DNA of 29,418 bases from a virus. Taxonomy: Duplodnaviria > Caudoviricetes. The notes beneath the pieces were generated by a model, which was not told where the DNA came from, searched no databases, and saw only the letters and a list, made by a program, of their open reading frames with translations. The position numbers and the translations under genes are program-made. Of this stretch, positions 1-8,804 are shown piece after piece (position 1 is the stretch's first letter; every line of letters begins with the position of its first letter). The stretch covers positions 1 through 29,418 of IMG/VR virus record IMGVR_UViG_3300016466_000209; one strand, 5' to 3'.

Positions 1-3000
1 GCGGAAGAACTGATGCGTGGAGAGGTTGCTCCAGAGGCTCCGGTTGCTGAGCCTGTAAGCAGGCCACTGATCGTTCCAGAGCTTGAGGTTCAACGCGCTG
101 CTCCCCGTGAAGGTGGAATGCTTCCTCCTCGTGAGCCAGAGGTTCCTGTTGCTCCAGAGGGAACGCCACTCAGGTCTGTGGACGACATCATCGCAGAACG
201 TCTCCGCGCCCGCGAAGAACGACTCGCTGCCGAGCAAGCCGCTGCCGCTCGCACATCCACGCCTCTCGAAACCGTCGAGCAAAAGCTCACCCGAGCCCTA
301 GCCCTACGCGACAAACGCCTCGCCGCAGAGGCGGTTGCAGAGACGCTGGAATCTGGTGCCGCTCAGGGTGAATCCGTCCGACTCACCCGAAAGAAGGTCG
401 AGGAAGCCATCGGAATAGGGCGCAAAGAAGCCGGTCTCCCGGTCGCTGAACAAACGATCTTCAACGAGGTCTGGAACAAGGCTGTCGAGGAGACTCAAGG
501 CAGATTCCGCAAGAAAGCCGAAGGCGTTGCCGAACGACTCGAAGGGCTCCGCACCCAAGTCGAACCCGGCCTCGGAGCCAACCCGTTCCCGCAGCTCATG
601 GGCGCGGCTTGGAACGGTGCGCTGTCGGTGGCCCAAGCAGTCATCAGGGCCGGCGGAAGCATTGCCGACGGTGTCGCCGCAGGACTCCGTTACGCACGAG
701 AGAACTTCAAAGACAAGTTCGACGAGACCGAGTTCTCCAAGCAACTGACCGGCACCATCAGCCGCCCGTCTCCGATTCAAGTGCCTCCCAAGATGGAGGC
801 TCGTGCGTTTGCCGAGCGTGTTGCCGCTGCGCCTGGAGTTCCTCCTGTCATCCGAGAGGCTGTAGCAAAATCTCCAAGGGCTTCCTATCGCCAGCAAAAC
901 GTCGCAGCCGCTGCGGAAGCCGCATCCACGATGACGCGAGATCAGTTGGAAGCTGATCTGGCCAACAGCAAGTCCAACACGAGGACCATTTCTGGATTGG
1001 AGATCTTTGGTCGCCAGATCCAAGAGGGAAACATGGATGCGGCAACCAAGACTGCGTTGTCGTTGTCCGAAAGCGGGACCACTTGGGGCCAACTCATCAA
1101 CCAGTTCAAGCTGCTCAACGCGGCTTCCAAGGAAGGAATCATCGCTCTCGTAACGAAATCGATGGACAAGCAGGGGAGGAAGATGACCCCAGAGCAAGCC
1201 ACCAAGCTGGGCGATGCAATGGATAGGTATCGAACAAATGTCGATTCCGTCCGTCGCGCCGAAATCAGACTCAAAGAGGCCGTCGAAAGGAACGACGACC
1301 GCGCAATCAAAGTGAACTCTGGCCTGCTCGACATGGCCGATGCACTCAAGAACGACTCGGATGTCGCGCTCAATGAGCTGATCAGCAGGATCAACCCGTC
1401 GAGCGCAGCCGATCTGTTTATCTCGATGGTTCAAGGATCGGTCATGTCACCGATCTCCATCGTCAGGAACGTGGTCGGAAACATCATCAACGCTCCTCTT
1501 CGTGACGCTTCAGATGCCACAGCGGCAGCAATCGACTCCGCTTTGTTCGGCGGCAAGAACTCCAGCTACAACTATCGCGCTCGCACGATTGACCGTATCA
1601 ACGCCTTCGCCAAGTCGTTGCCGCAGGCTGGAAAGATCCTGCTCAAGGGTTCGGACGCGATGCCCTACGAACTCGGCACGGACATCGGTAACCCGCTGAA
1701 CTTCACACGCGCATGGCGCAACCTCTACGAGGCCATGTCCGGTCAGTACGAGGGCGCACCCATCGCTCGCAACATTGTCGAGGCCACCCTTGGGGCAATC
1801 CCCGATGTCTTCCTTCGACTCACGCAGGCCACCGACGTTCCGTTCCGTGCAGCCGAGCGAGCCAGGATCATCACCGAGGTGGGGCGTCAGCGCGGTCTGT
1901 CCGAGAGCCAGATCAATCTGGCAAAGCGTGACCCCAAGCTCCTGCGAATCACCGACGAGCAGGCTCAAGCGGGGCGCAAAGGGTTCACCGAAGACGATCT
2001 CGGACTCATCGAGTACGAAGCCGCAAAGTCGGTGTTCCAACAGGACAACGCTGCCACACGCATGGTCAGCGGAATCAACCGCTTCATCAAGCAGGAGGCC
2101 GGACCCGTGGCCTACGTCCCCTATCGCCTCATCTCGCTCTTCCAGAAAACCCCGATCAACGTAGCCGCAGAAGCCCTGTCATTCACCCCAGCCGGCGTCC
2201 TTCGCAACTGGAAGGACATGTCAGTGCGCGAGCGCGAGATCGCCACTTCACGCCTCATCATCGGAGGAGTCGTCACAGGAGCTTACGCTTACCTCTACGA
2301 CAAGGGCGTCATCACCCCGAACCTCGATACCCCCGGCGAAACCAACAAGGCTCGTGAGCTGGCCAAGGCTGGCGGCGTCATGCCTCCAGGCACAATCAAC
2401 GTAAGCGGTCTCCGACGCCTCGTCCGTGGCGAGAATCCGAGCTTCCAGCCGGGTGATACGGTCAAGGATCTATCGGCCCTCGGAACTTCCGGCGCACTTG
2501 GCATGATGGTCGGAACAGCCAAGCGTCTCCAAGAGCGCAGCCCCACCGATGACCCTGACTTCTTTGCTCTCGGCAAGGGCGCGGCTCTCTCGGGCATCAA
2601 CTTCGTGATGGAGCAGCAGTTCCTCAAGGGCACCAGCGACTTCATCAAGCTCCTCTCGCAGGAATCCGGCTCCGCACTCGACCGATTCGTGAAGAGCCTG
2701 TCGGTCACAGCCGCTTCTCCGGTCGCTCCCGCCATCCTCGGTGCGCTGCGCCGGGTTGAGCGCGAGAACCTCCCGGCCATCGGCGGCGAGGGCTTCATCA
2801 AGGATACGGTCAACGAACTCAACCAGCGGTTCGCGGCCATTGGCCTACAGATCCCAGGCACCCGCGATCCCAACGCCATGCCGGTGCGACGCGACCTCTG
2901 GGGAGACCCCGTAGAACAGACGCCGAAGAGCGAGAATCCGTGGGTCTACAACTTCTTCAGCGCAGCCAAGAGTCGCCAGATCGATGCGGACCCGCTCAAC

Positions 3001-3342
3001 GCCACGCTCTACACCATCTGGCGTCGCACCGCCGACAACCAAGTCATCCCGTCGGCCATCAATCCCAAGATCACCTACAAGGGGACAACCTTCGAGCGCA
3101 TGACGCCGGATCAGTACGACCGTTACACCCAACTGGTCGGGTTCTATCGGCGCAAACTGGCTGAAAGAGCCTACCTCAGCGGCCAGTTCCAGCAGCGCGG
3201 AGATGAAGTCCGCATCAACCTGATGAAACGCGCCTACGACAAGGGTCTGGAGATCGGAAAGTACCGTTTCCTCAAGGAATTACGCGAATCCGGCCAGTCC
3301 CTGACACCTCAGGCAGGTCGCCGGGGCTTCACCGCAGAATAA
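1..3342 (+). CDS. Large virion-associated protein (putative internal virion/ejection protein), 5' end probably outside the window
   Basis: Frame is open from base 1 (GCG GAA GAA CTG ATG) to TAA 3342, >1100 aa, Ala/Arg/Glu-rich and helical-looking. It is the last gene before a new promoter, the usual position of podovirus ejection proteins. No catalytic motif recognised. Confidence 0.55.
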   Translation, partial: AEELMRGEVAPEAPVAEPVSRPLIVPELEVQRAAPREGGMLPPREPEVPVAPEGTPLRSVDDIIAERLRAREERLAAEQAAAARTSTPLETVEQKLTRALALRDKRLAAEAVAETLESGAAQGESVRLTRKKVEEAIGIGRKEAGLPVAEQTIFNEVWNKAVEETQGRFRKKAEGVAERLEGLRTQVEPGLGANPFPQLMGAAWNGALSVAQAVIRAGGSIADGVAAGLRYARENFKDKFDETEFSKQLTGTISRPSPIQVPPKMEARAFAERVAAAPGVPPVIREAVAKSPRASYRQQNVAAAAEAASTMTRDQLEADLANSKSNTRTISGLEIFGRQIQEGNMDAATKTALSLSESGTTWGQLINQFKLLNAASKEGIIALVTKSMDKQGRKMTPEQATKLGDAMDRYRTNVDSVRRAEIRLKEAVERNDDRAIKVNSGLLDMADALKNDSDVALNELISRINPSSAADLFISMVQGSVMSPISIVRNVVGNIINAPLRDASDATAAAIDSALFGGKNSSYNYRARTIDRINAFAKSLPQAGKILLKGSDAMPYELGTDIGNPLNFTRAWRNLYEAMSGQYEGAPIARNIVEATLGAIPDVFLRLTQATDVPFRAAERARIITEVGRQRGLSESQINLAKRDPKLLRITDEQAQAGRKGFTEDDLGLIEYEAAKSVFQQDNAATRMVSGINRFIKQEAGPVAYVPYRLISLFQKTPINVAAEALSFTPAGVLRNWKDMSVREREIATSRLIIGGVVTGAYAYLYDKGVITPNLDTPGETNKARELAKAGGVMPPGTINVSGLRRLVRGENPSFQPGDTVKDLSALGTSGALGMMVGTAKRLQERSPTDDPDFFALGKGAALSGINFVMEQQFLKGTSDFIKLLSQESGSALDRFVKSLSVTAASPVAPAILGALRRVERENLPAIGGEGFIKDTVNELNQRFAAIGLQIPGTRDPNAMPVRRDLWGDPVEQTPKSENPWVYNFFSAAKSRQIDADPLNATLYTIWRRTADNQVIPSAINPKITYKGTTFERMTPDQYDRYTQLVGFYRRKLAERAYLSGQFQQRGDEVRINLMKRAYDKGLEIGKYRFLKELRESGQSLTPQAGRRGFTAE

Positions 3343-3356
3343 TTTCAACATTTTCC

Positions 3357-3392
3357 TTGCGGCAGAGTACGACACGGTGCAACATCTGCCCC
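3357..3392 (+). promoter_or_regulatory. Sigma70-type promoter for the replication/recombination operon, probably giving a leaderless mRNA
   Basis: TTGCGG (3357-3362), 17-nt spacer ending in TG, CAACAT (3380-3385), then 7 nt to the GTG at 3393. Confidence 0.55.
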
Positions 3393-3572
3393 GTGAGCGT
3401 AAAACTCCTCTCAACGAAGCAGATCGCCACTGCTCTCGGGGTCCACCCCGAGACGGTGCGCCGATGGATCCGTTCGGGGCGGCTCCCAGCGATGAAGGCC
3501 ACCAGCCAGGTCATCCGGGTCCGCTCCGATGTGGTCGAGCAGATGCTCCGAAACCAACAAGACAAACAATGA
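3393..3572 (+). CDS. Excisionase/MerR-like helix-turn-helix DNA-binding protein (HTH_17-like)
   Basis: LLSTKQIATALGVHPETVRRWIRSGRLPA is a typical HTH_17 pattern. GTG start at 3393; stop overlaps the next ATG (ATGA). Confidence 0.85.
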   Translation: MSVKLLSTKQIATALGVHPETVRRWIRSGRLPAMKATSQVIRVRSDVVEQMLRNQQDKQ

Positions 3573-4348
3573 ACGCAATCGCAACGACAACGCAGCCATC
3601 ATCCGAGATGTACGACAAGATCTCGGACCCAATCACCGCCATCGAGAAGATGGGCGAGTGGATCGCATCATCCGGCATGCTCGGATGCACCAAGGTCGAG
3701 CAGGGCAAACTCATCGCGTGGCAGTGCGCCGCCGAGAAGAAGACCCCGTTCGACTTCAAGCGCGAGTACCACATCATCAACGGATCCTTGAGCATGCGCT
3801 CCGATGCCATGCTCGCAGGATACCGTGTTCGCGGAGGAAAGGTCCTCTGGAAGCAGTTCGACTCGAAAGCCGCCATCGCCATCTGGAAGTACGATGGTAA
3901 CGAGTGCGAGATCGGCTTCACCGAGAACGATGCCCGCACCGCTGGCCTACTACCCGCCAAGCCGGGTTCCGGGTGGGCCAAGGATCCGTCCGCCATGCTC
4001 CGCGCCCGCTGCATTTCCAAGGCGGTCCGCATGCTCGCCCCCGAGGTCGTCGCCGGAATCTACACCCCGGAGGAAACCGAGGACTTCCAGGCGGCTCCTT
4101 CCGAGGTCGCAGTCACCCCAGCCAAGTCCTTCGACATCACCTCCAAACTCGAAGAGCTTTTCGAGTCACGCGAGACCGCCGTGAACCAACTCCTCATCGG
4201 TGCTGGACGCATCAAGGAAGGTCAGACCTTCCGAGACATCGACGACATCACGGCCTCCCGCTACATCAAGCGGCCCGACCTTATCTTTGAGAAGATCCCC
4301 AAGCTGCCGTCTCCCGCCGTCGAGACCATCGTGGAGGTCGCACCGTGA
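3569..4348 (+). CDS. Single-strand annealing protein (RecT/Redbeta-like)
   Basis: ATGA-coupled start MNAIATT. W..DPSAMLRARCISKAVRMLAPEVVAGIYTPEE motif resembles phage SSAPs. Adjacent to an exonuclease. Confidence 0.7.
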   Translation: MNAIATTTQPSSEMYDKISDPITAIEKMGEWIASSGMLGCTKVEQGKLIAWQCAAEKKTPFDFKREYHIINGSLSMRSDAMLAGYRVRGGKVLWKQFDSKAAIAIWKYDGNECEIGFTENDARTAGLLPAKPGSGWAKDPSAMLRARCISKAVRMLAPEVVAGIYTPEETEDFQAAPSEVAVTPAKSFDITSKLEELFESRETAVNQLLIGAGRIKEGQTFRDIDDITASRYIKRPDLIFEKIPKLPSPAVETIVEVAP

Positions 4349-5133
4349 AGTTCAAACACATGGCGGCAGCGGATTACCACGCCCGACGCGCTCTCTCCAA
4401 GTCCGGGCTCGACCAGTTCCGAAAGTCGCCCGCCCACTTCCGCGCATGGCAGGACGGTCAGGCCAAGCAGGAGTCCACTCCTGCCATGGAGTTCGGCACC
4501 GCCGCTCACATGGCTGTCCTTGAGCCAGAGTTGTTCATCCAGAAGTACAAGCCGTTCAACGGGGACAAGCGCACCAAGGAAGGCAAGGCCATCTGGCAGG
4601 CCATCCTCGACTCAGGCCACACCCCTCTGGCAGCAGAGACTTGGGACTCGATCAACTACCTCGCGGCATCCGTCCACGCACACCCTGCCGCTGCCCAACT
4701 CATCCACCGCATCGAGCCAGAGACCTCTTGGTTCGACAACTGGAACGGCATCGAGGTCAAAGCCCGACTCGATGGCATCGGAGACGATTACATCATCGAC
4801 CTCAAGACCACCCAGGACGCATCGCCATCGGCGTTCGCCAAGTCCGTCGCGCAGTTCCGCTACCATGTCCAAGCCGCTTGGTATCAGCGCATCACCGGCA
4901 TCGGCCGATTCGTATTCAGATTCGTATTCATCGTAGCAGAGAAGGAGCCGCCTTTCGGCATCGCCTGCTACGAGCTTGATCAGCAGGCCATCGACCTCGG
5001 CAACGAGATCATCGATGCTCAGCTTGCCACCTTCCGCGAATGCCAAGCCCTCAACTCTTGGCCCTGTTATTCCTCCTCAACCGAAACCCTTTCTCTGCCC
5101 GCGTGGGCTTTGAAGAACAACGAAAACCAGTAA
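4345..5133 (+). CDS. PD-(D/E)xK exonuclease, RecE/exodeoxyribonuclease VIII (DUF3799)-like
   Basis: YH..ALSKSGL, SPAHF, FGTAAH..VLEP, KARLD, IIDLKTT and YHVQAAWY motifs. Confidence 0.85.
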   Translation: MKFKHMAAADYHARRALSKSGLDQFRKSPAHFRAWQDGQAKQESTPAMEFGTAAHMAVLEPELFIQKYKPFNGDKRTKEGKAIWQAILDSGHTPLAAETWDSINYLAASVHAHPAAAQLIHRIEPETSWFDNWNGIEVKARLDGIGDDYIIDLKTTQDASPSAFAKSVAQFRYHVQAAWYQRITGIGRFVFRFVFIVAEKEPPFGIACYELDQQAIDLGNEIIDAQLATFRECQALNSWPCYSSSTETLSLPAWALKNNENQ

Positions 5134-5137
5134 CACC

Positions 5138-5554
5138 ATGAAGTTCACAGTCGATCGTTCCCAAGCAGAAGTGAAGTCCTTCGCCGGCCCCGGCGAATAC
5201 ACCGTCGTCGTCAACTCCGCCAAGGACGAGGGCCTCGACAAGTACGGCAACCCCGTCGTCACCCTCCGCTACAAGGCTCCCACCGGCGAGATCGCCAGCG
5301 ACCGGTTCACCCTCAAGGAAACCCTCATGTGGCGCGTCCAGTCGCTCATCTCCGCCACCGATGCCAACATCGATGACGGCAAGGAGTTCGACTTCTCGGT
5401 CCCAGGTGCCTTCCTCGCCTTCCTCCAAGGATTCGTGGGGCTCTCGCTCAACATCGTCCTCGAAGAGGAGAAGTACACCGACAAGAACGGTGCCGAACAG
5501 ACCACCCTGCGCGTGAAGCGGCTGAAGAAGACCCCCGCTGACGAGGCGTTCTGA
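5138..5554 (+). CDS. Putative ssDNA-binding protein (DUF669-like)
   Basis: PGEYTVVV N-terminal motif, OB-fold-like beta pattern and acidic/aromatic tail (ADEAF). Follows the SSAP and exonuclease. Confidence 0.6.
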   Translation: MKFTVDRSQAEVKSFAGPGEYTVVVNSAKDEGLDKYGNPVVTLRYKAPTGEIASDRFTLKETLMWRVQSLISATDANIDDGKEFDFSVPGAFLAFLQGFVGLSLNIVLEEEKYTDKNGAEQTTLRVKRLKKTPADEAF

Positions 5555-5564
5555 TCATCAAAAC

Positions 5565-5596
5565 AAAGCCCCCGGAGGTTCCAGCCTCCGGGGGTG
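5565..5596. terminator. GC-rich hairpin; terminator-like on the minus strand, possible pause/stabiliser on the plus strand
   Basis: CCCCCGGAGG-TTCCAG-CCTCCGGGGG stem-loop. An A-run lies upstream (U-tract on the minus strand) and there is no U-tract downstream on the plus strand. Confidence 0.55.
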
Positions 5597-5633
5597 TGCA
5601 ATAGAACAAACAAACAAAGCGCAACGAAACGCT

Positions 5634-6743
5634 ATGCACGACAAAGATTCATCACAACAGGAACCGGCGCAAGCGTTCCTTCTGCGCCCTTACCAGCAGA
5701 GAGCTGTCGAGTGGGCCAATCAGGGCGGAGGTCTCATCATCGCCCCGGCAGGAAGCGGCAAGACACTCATCGCTTCCTCCATCATCAAGCACTATTGCCA
5801 ATGGCCAGATTGGAGCTTCGGCTGGATTGCACCTACCCGCGAAACCTGCCAGCAGGCGATTGCTTCGCTTCAAGCTGTGGGCGTTGATCACTCTCGCGTC
5901 GATGTACGGTGCCCCCACGAGTCTGTCGATTTCTCATCCAAGAAAGTCCTCATCGTGGATGAAGCAAAGCATGCGCCCGCCGAGTCGTGGCGCAGGATCA
6001 TCGAGTCCTGTAAAGGTATCCGATTCGGCTTCGATGCCACCCCGTGGGGCGATGATTTCAAGCGGAACGAGATCCTCCTCAAGCTCTTTGGAGATAGCGT
6101 CTACGAGATCAAGCGCGAGGAGCTGGCAGGAGTTCTGGCCCACGCAACCGTCATGATGTGTTCCGCCACGGACTTCATGATCCAGAAGAAGATCGATGAC
6201 CACATCGAGAAACTCTTCACCGACCGCAAACGCTACATGCGGATCCGACACGAGGAACTCCGCGCCATGTGCGCTTGGGAAGCCATCACCGACATCGGTA
6301 TCTGCCAGAACAAGATAAGGAACGACGCCGCCGTGCGATTCGCATCCCTCGATCCTCAGACCCTCGTGCTGGTCCCAAGAGTCACGCTAGGCGAGGACTA
6401 TGCGCGGAGGATCAGCGGATCCATCCTCGTCCATTCCAAGATGCCGAAGAAGGCTCGCCGCGCTGCCATGGAAGAGTTCAAGGCGGGCAACATCAGAGCG
6501 ATGATCGCCACCTCGCTGGCCGACGAGGGACTCGACCTTCCGAACGTCAAGACGCTCGTGATGGTGTCCGGTGGCAGGAGCGCACAGAAAACCATCCAGC
6601 GGGCCAGCAGGGCTCTTCGTAGGTGCGAAGGGAAGGACGAGGCGTTCATCCACGACTTCAAGGACAACTTCCATCCTCTCGCCCAGGCCCACGCGAAGAA
6701 GCGGATCAAGTGCTACCAACAACTAGGATGCTCGATCCAATGA
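5634..6743 (+). CDS. Superfamily 2 (ResIII/SSL2-like) helicase
   Basis: LRPYQ Q-motif, APAGSGKT Walker A, IVDEAKH motif II, DATP motif III, EGLDLP and QRASRALR. Confidence 0.9.
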   Translation: MHDKDSSQQEPAQAFLLRPYQQRAVEWANQGGGLIIAPAGSGKTLIASSIIKHYCQWPDWSFGWIAPTRETCQQAIASLQAVGVDHSRVDVRCPHESVDFSSKKVLIVDEAKHAPAESWRRIIESCKGIRFGFDATPWGDDFKRNEILLKLFGDSVYEIKREELAGVLAHATVMMCSATDFMIQKKIDDHIEKLFTDRKRYMRIRHEELRAMCAWEAITDIGICQNKIRNDAAVRFASLDPQTLVLVPRVTLGEDYARRISGSILVHSKMPKKARRAAMEEFKAGNIRAMIATSLADEGLDLPNVKTLVMVSGGRSAQKTIQRASRALRRCEGKDEAFIHDFKDNFHPLAQAHAKKRIKCYQQLGCSIQ

Positions 6744-6880
6744 ACACCGCGCTCACGATCATCTCGATGGCCGCGATCCTCCCGATCTTCACACTCCTCG
6801 GAGTCTTCGTAGGCCACAAACTCACCATCAGATCGCAGAACAACAAACCAACCAATGAAACAAACAATCGTAGCCTGTGA
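6740..6880 (+). CDS. Small single-pass membrane protein
   Basis: ATGA-coupled start; MNTALTIISMAAILPIFTLLGVFVGHK is a hydrophobic helix. Confidence 0.55.
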   Translation: MNTALTIISMAAILPIFTLLGVFVGHKLTIRSQNNKPTNETNNRSL

Positions 6881-7310
6881 CCCCGGCGTGAACGGCGGGT
6901 TCGCAGTCAAAACCCAAGACAGGATCCTCCTGTTCCCAATGCCGGAATCCGTGCCGGACATCCACGAACTCCTCATGGACCTCAAACTCTCAGACTCCCA
7001 CATCTGGATCGAGAAGGTGCCGAAGTTCGTGTCCAAACTCACACCCGCCGCAGCCGTCGCCACGCTCCACGAGAACTACGGCATCGTCCAAGGGCTCGCC
7101 TACTCACAAGGCTACGCACTCCATCGCGTCGAGCCGCGAGTCTGGCAGGAACCCCTCGGCCTCGGAGGCAGGAAGGCATGCGCCACAGGCCCTGAGTGGA
7201 AGCGTAAGCTCAAGGCCAAGGCCCAGGAACTCTACCCCCATCTGGATGTCACCCTCGGCAACTGCGATGCGCTCCTGATCCTCCACTACGCAATCGGAGG
7301 TGGCCGATGA
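6855..7310 (+). CDS. RuvC-like Holliday junction resolvase
   Basis: IVACDPGVNGG, IEKV, V.P..WQ and DALLI are the RNase H-fold acidic motifs of phage RuvC-like proteins. Confidence 0.85.
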   Translation: MKQTIVACDPGVNGGFAVKTQDRILLFPMPESVPDIHELLMDLKLSDSHIWIEKVPKFVSKLTPAAAVATLHENYGIVQGLAYSQGYALHRVEPRVWQEPLGLGGRKACATGPEWKRKLKAKAQELYPHLDVTLGNCDALLILHYAIGGGR

Positions 7311-7468
7311 GCAGGACAAGCGCACCCAACCGGATCATCGCAGACGGCGACGGAGCCTATCACATGACCAAGAACCATGTTGGCCAAGCATTCAAGGCAG
7401 CTAAGAATTACAGATTCAAGAACGACACCTCGGTATGGAGAAAAAACAAGAAGAAAGGAACGAAATGA
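7307..7468 (+). CDS. Small basic hypothetical protein (53 aa)
   Basis: Read by hand: MSRTSAPNRIIADGDGAYHMTKNHVGQAFKAAKNYRFKNDTSVWRKNKKKGTK. ATGA overlaps at both ends. Confidence 0.6.
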   Translation: MSRTSAPNRIIADGDGAYHMTKNHVGQAFKAAKNYRFKNDTSVWRKNKKKGTK

Positions 7469-7890
7469 CAAAAGAACAAGCAGCCGTAGACACGTGGGAC
7501 CTCGACTATCAGATCGGCGTGATGCAGGCATTCAAGGCCCGCAGGCAGATTGAGTTCCGGTTCCGAGACATGGGCAGAGATGTGTGGGAATTGGTGGACG
7601 ATCCAAAATGGGACTGGCACGACTGCGAATACCGCATCAAACCCACCGCAACCCTGCGCCCGTGGACTGCGGATGAGGTACCGCTGAGGGCGTTTATTCG
7701 GTCAAAGGAACACGGTTGGAAGTCTTTGATTTTGGAAATCACATCAGACGGATTTATTGTAATCAATAAATCAAGAGCCAGAATCGCAATCAATGATGGC
7801 TTTTCGCCAGAGTTCGCTCTTCAACAATTCGAACACAGCCTCGACGGCAAAACTTGGCTCCCGTGTGGAGTCGTGGAGGAGGTCAAATGA
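7465..7890 (+). CDS. Hypothetical phage protein
   Basis: ATGA-coupled, SD-like AAAGGA upstream; P.WDW...EYRIKP motif recurrent in phage hypothetical proteins. Confidence 0.7.
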   Translation: MTKEQAAVDTWDLDYQIGVMQAFKARRQIEFRFRDMGRDVWELVDDPKWDWHDCEYRIKPTATLRPWTADEVPLRAFIRSKEHGWKSLILEITSDGFIVINKSRARIAINDGFSPEFALQQFEHSLDGKTWLPCGVVEEVK

Positions 7891-8111
7891 GCAACCAAAT
7901 CAACGACGGAGGACCGGCGTTTCCATGCCCTCCTAGCCAGCATTCAAACGGTTTCTATTCCACCGGAAACGGAATGTCACTCCGCGACTACTTCGCAGCG
8001 GCTATCATGCAGGGACTGATGTCGAGCCAATATCAGGTTGATGATCCGTATCCGATTTACGCATACAAGATAGCCGACGCGATGATCAAAGCGAGGGAGG
8101 TGAAGCCGTGA
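7887..8111 (+). CDS. Hypothetical phage protein (GGPAFP...GMSLRDYFAA family)
   Basis: Widespread phage motif DGGPAFP/GMSLRDYFAA/AYKIADAMI; GGAGG upstream. Confidence 0.8.
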   Translation: MSNQINDGGPAFPCPPSQHSNGFYSTGNGMSLRDYFAAAIMQGLMSSQYQVDDPYPIYAYKIADAMIKAREVKP

Positions 8112-8365
8112 GCGACGACCCCAACTACTACCGCGAACTTTACATGGCCGCTCAGCACGAACTCCGTGCGGTAGGCCAGAAACACACCATGCCTAGCCAC
8201 CTCGTCAAGCTGGAGCAGGAGGTTCAGGAACTGCGGGTCCTGAACGAATACCTCAGACAGAAGAACGGAAAACTCAACGAACGAATCCAAAGCCTAATCA
8301 AGCTGGGGCTGGAGACAACCAGACCGGACGGGTTAGAGCAATGGCAAGAAGAGGAGGAGCTGTGA
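8108..8365 (+). CDS. Hypothetical coiled-coil protein
   Basis: GTGA-coupled start with GGAGG upstream; heptad-like LEQEVQELRVLNEYL. Confidence 0.65.
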   Translation: MSDDPNYYRELYMAAQHELRAVGQKHTMPSHLVKLEQEVQELRVLNEYLRQKNGKLNERIQSLIKLGLETTRPDGLEQWQEEEEL

Positions 8366-8583
8366 GCCTGTCCGTAGCTTTCGTCTACAAACACACCACC
8401 ACAGGAGAAGTCCTCGTGGTGGACATCGAGCGGGCCAGAGAAATCGACTCATCCGCAGCCATGCGCCGAGGAGATTGGAAACATACCTCCACCATCGAAC
8501 CCATCACCGTCCTACAACTCATCGTCAAATCCAACGGCCAGAAGCGGGCCAAGATCATCAGGGAACTCTCAGAGCAACCATGA
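8362..8583 (+). CDS. Hypothetical protein
   Basis: GTGA-coupled start with GGAGGAG upstream; ends in an ATGA overlap. Confidence 0.6.
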   Translation: MSLSVAFVYKHTTTGEVLVVDIERAREIDSSAAMRRGDWKHTSTIEPITVLQLIVKSNGQKRAKIIRELSEQP

Positions 8584-8804
8584 AACTCAACGAACTACCA
8601 CTCGATCACCCATCCAGAAACACTCCCATCAAAGACCTCGACGTCCTCATCGTCTGCGCCCACACAGGAGCAAAACGAAATCCTCGCACCTGGAAGATCA
8701 AAAACAACACCTACAACGAACTCAACTCGTCATGGCAGAACAACTTCTACTTCGTACTCCAAGAACCGACGCCTACGTCGAGTTCTGGCTCAAAGACCGA
8801 ATAG
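8580..8804 (+). CDS. Hypothetical protein
   Basis: ATGA-coupled start MKLNELPLDHP. Confidence 0.55.
   Translation: MKLNELPLDHPSRNTPIKDLDVLIVCAHTGAKRNPRTWKIKNNTYNELNSSWQNNFYFVLQEPTPTSSSGSKTE

Noticed and set aside
3377-3568. Longer N-termini given by the ORF track (3377, also 7435, 7854, 8341, 8475, 9087, 19673, 20080)
   Set aside because: They overlap upstream genes; downstream ATGA/GTGA-coupled or better-placed starts fit the operon.
3393-3572. HTH as a true excisionase implying an integrated prophage
   Set aside because: No integrase, att site or host genes in the window; HTH_17 proteins are often plain regulators.
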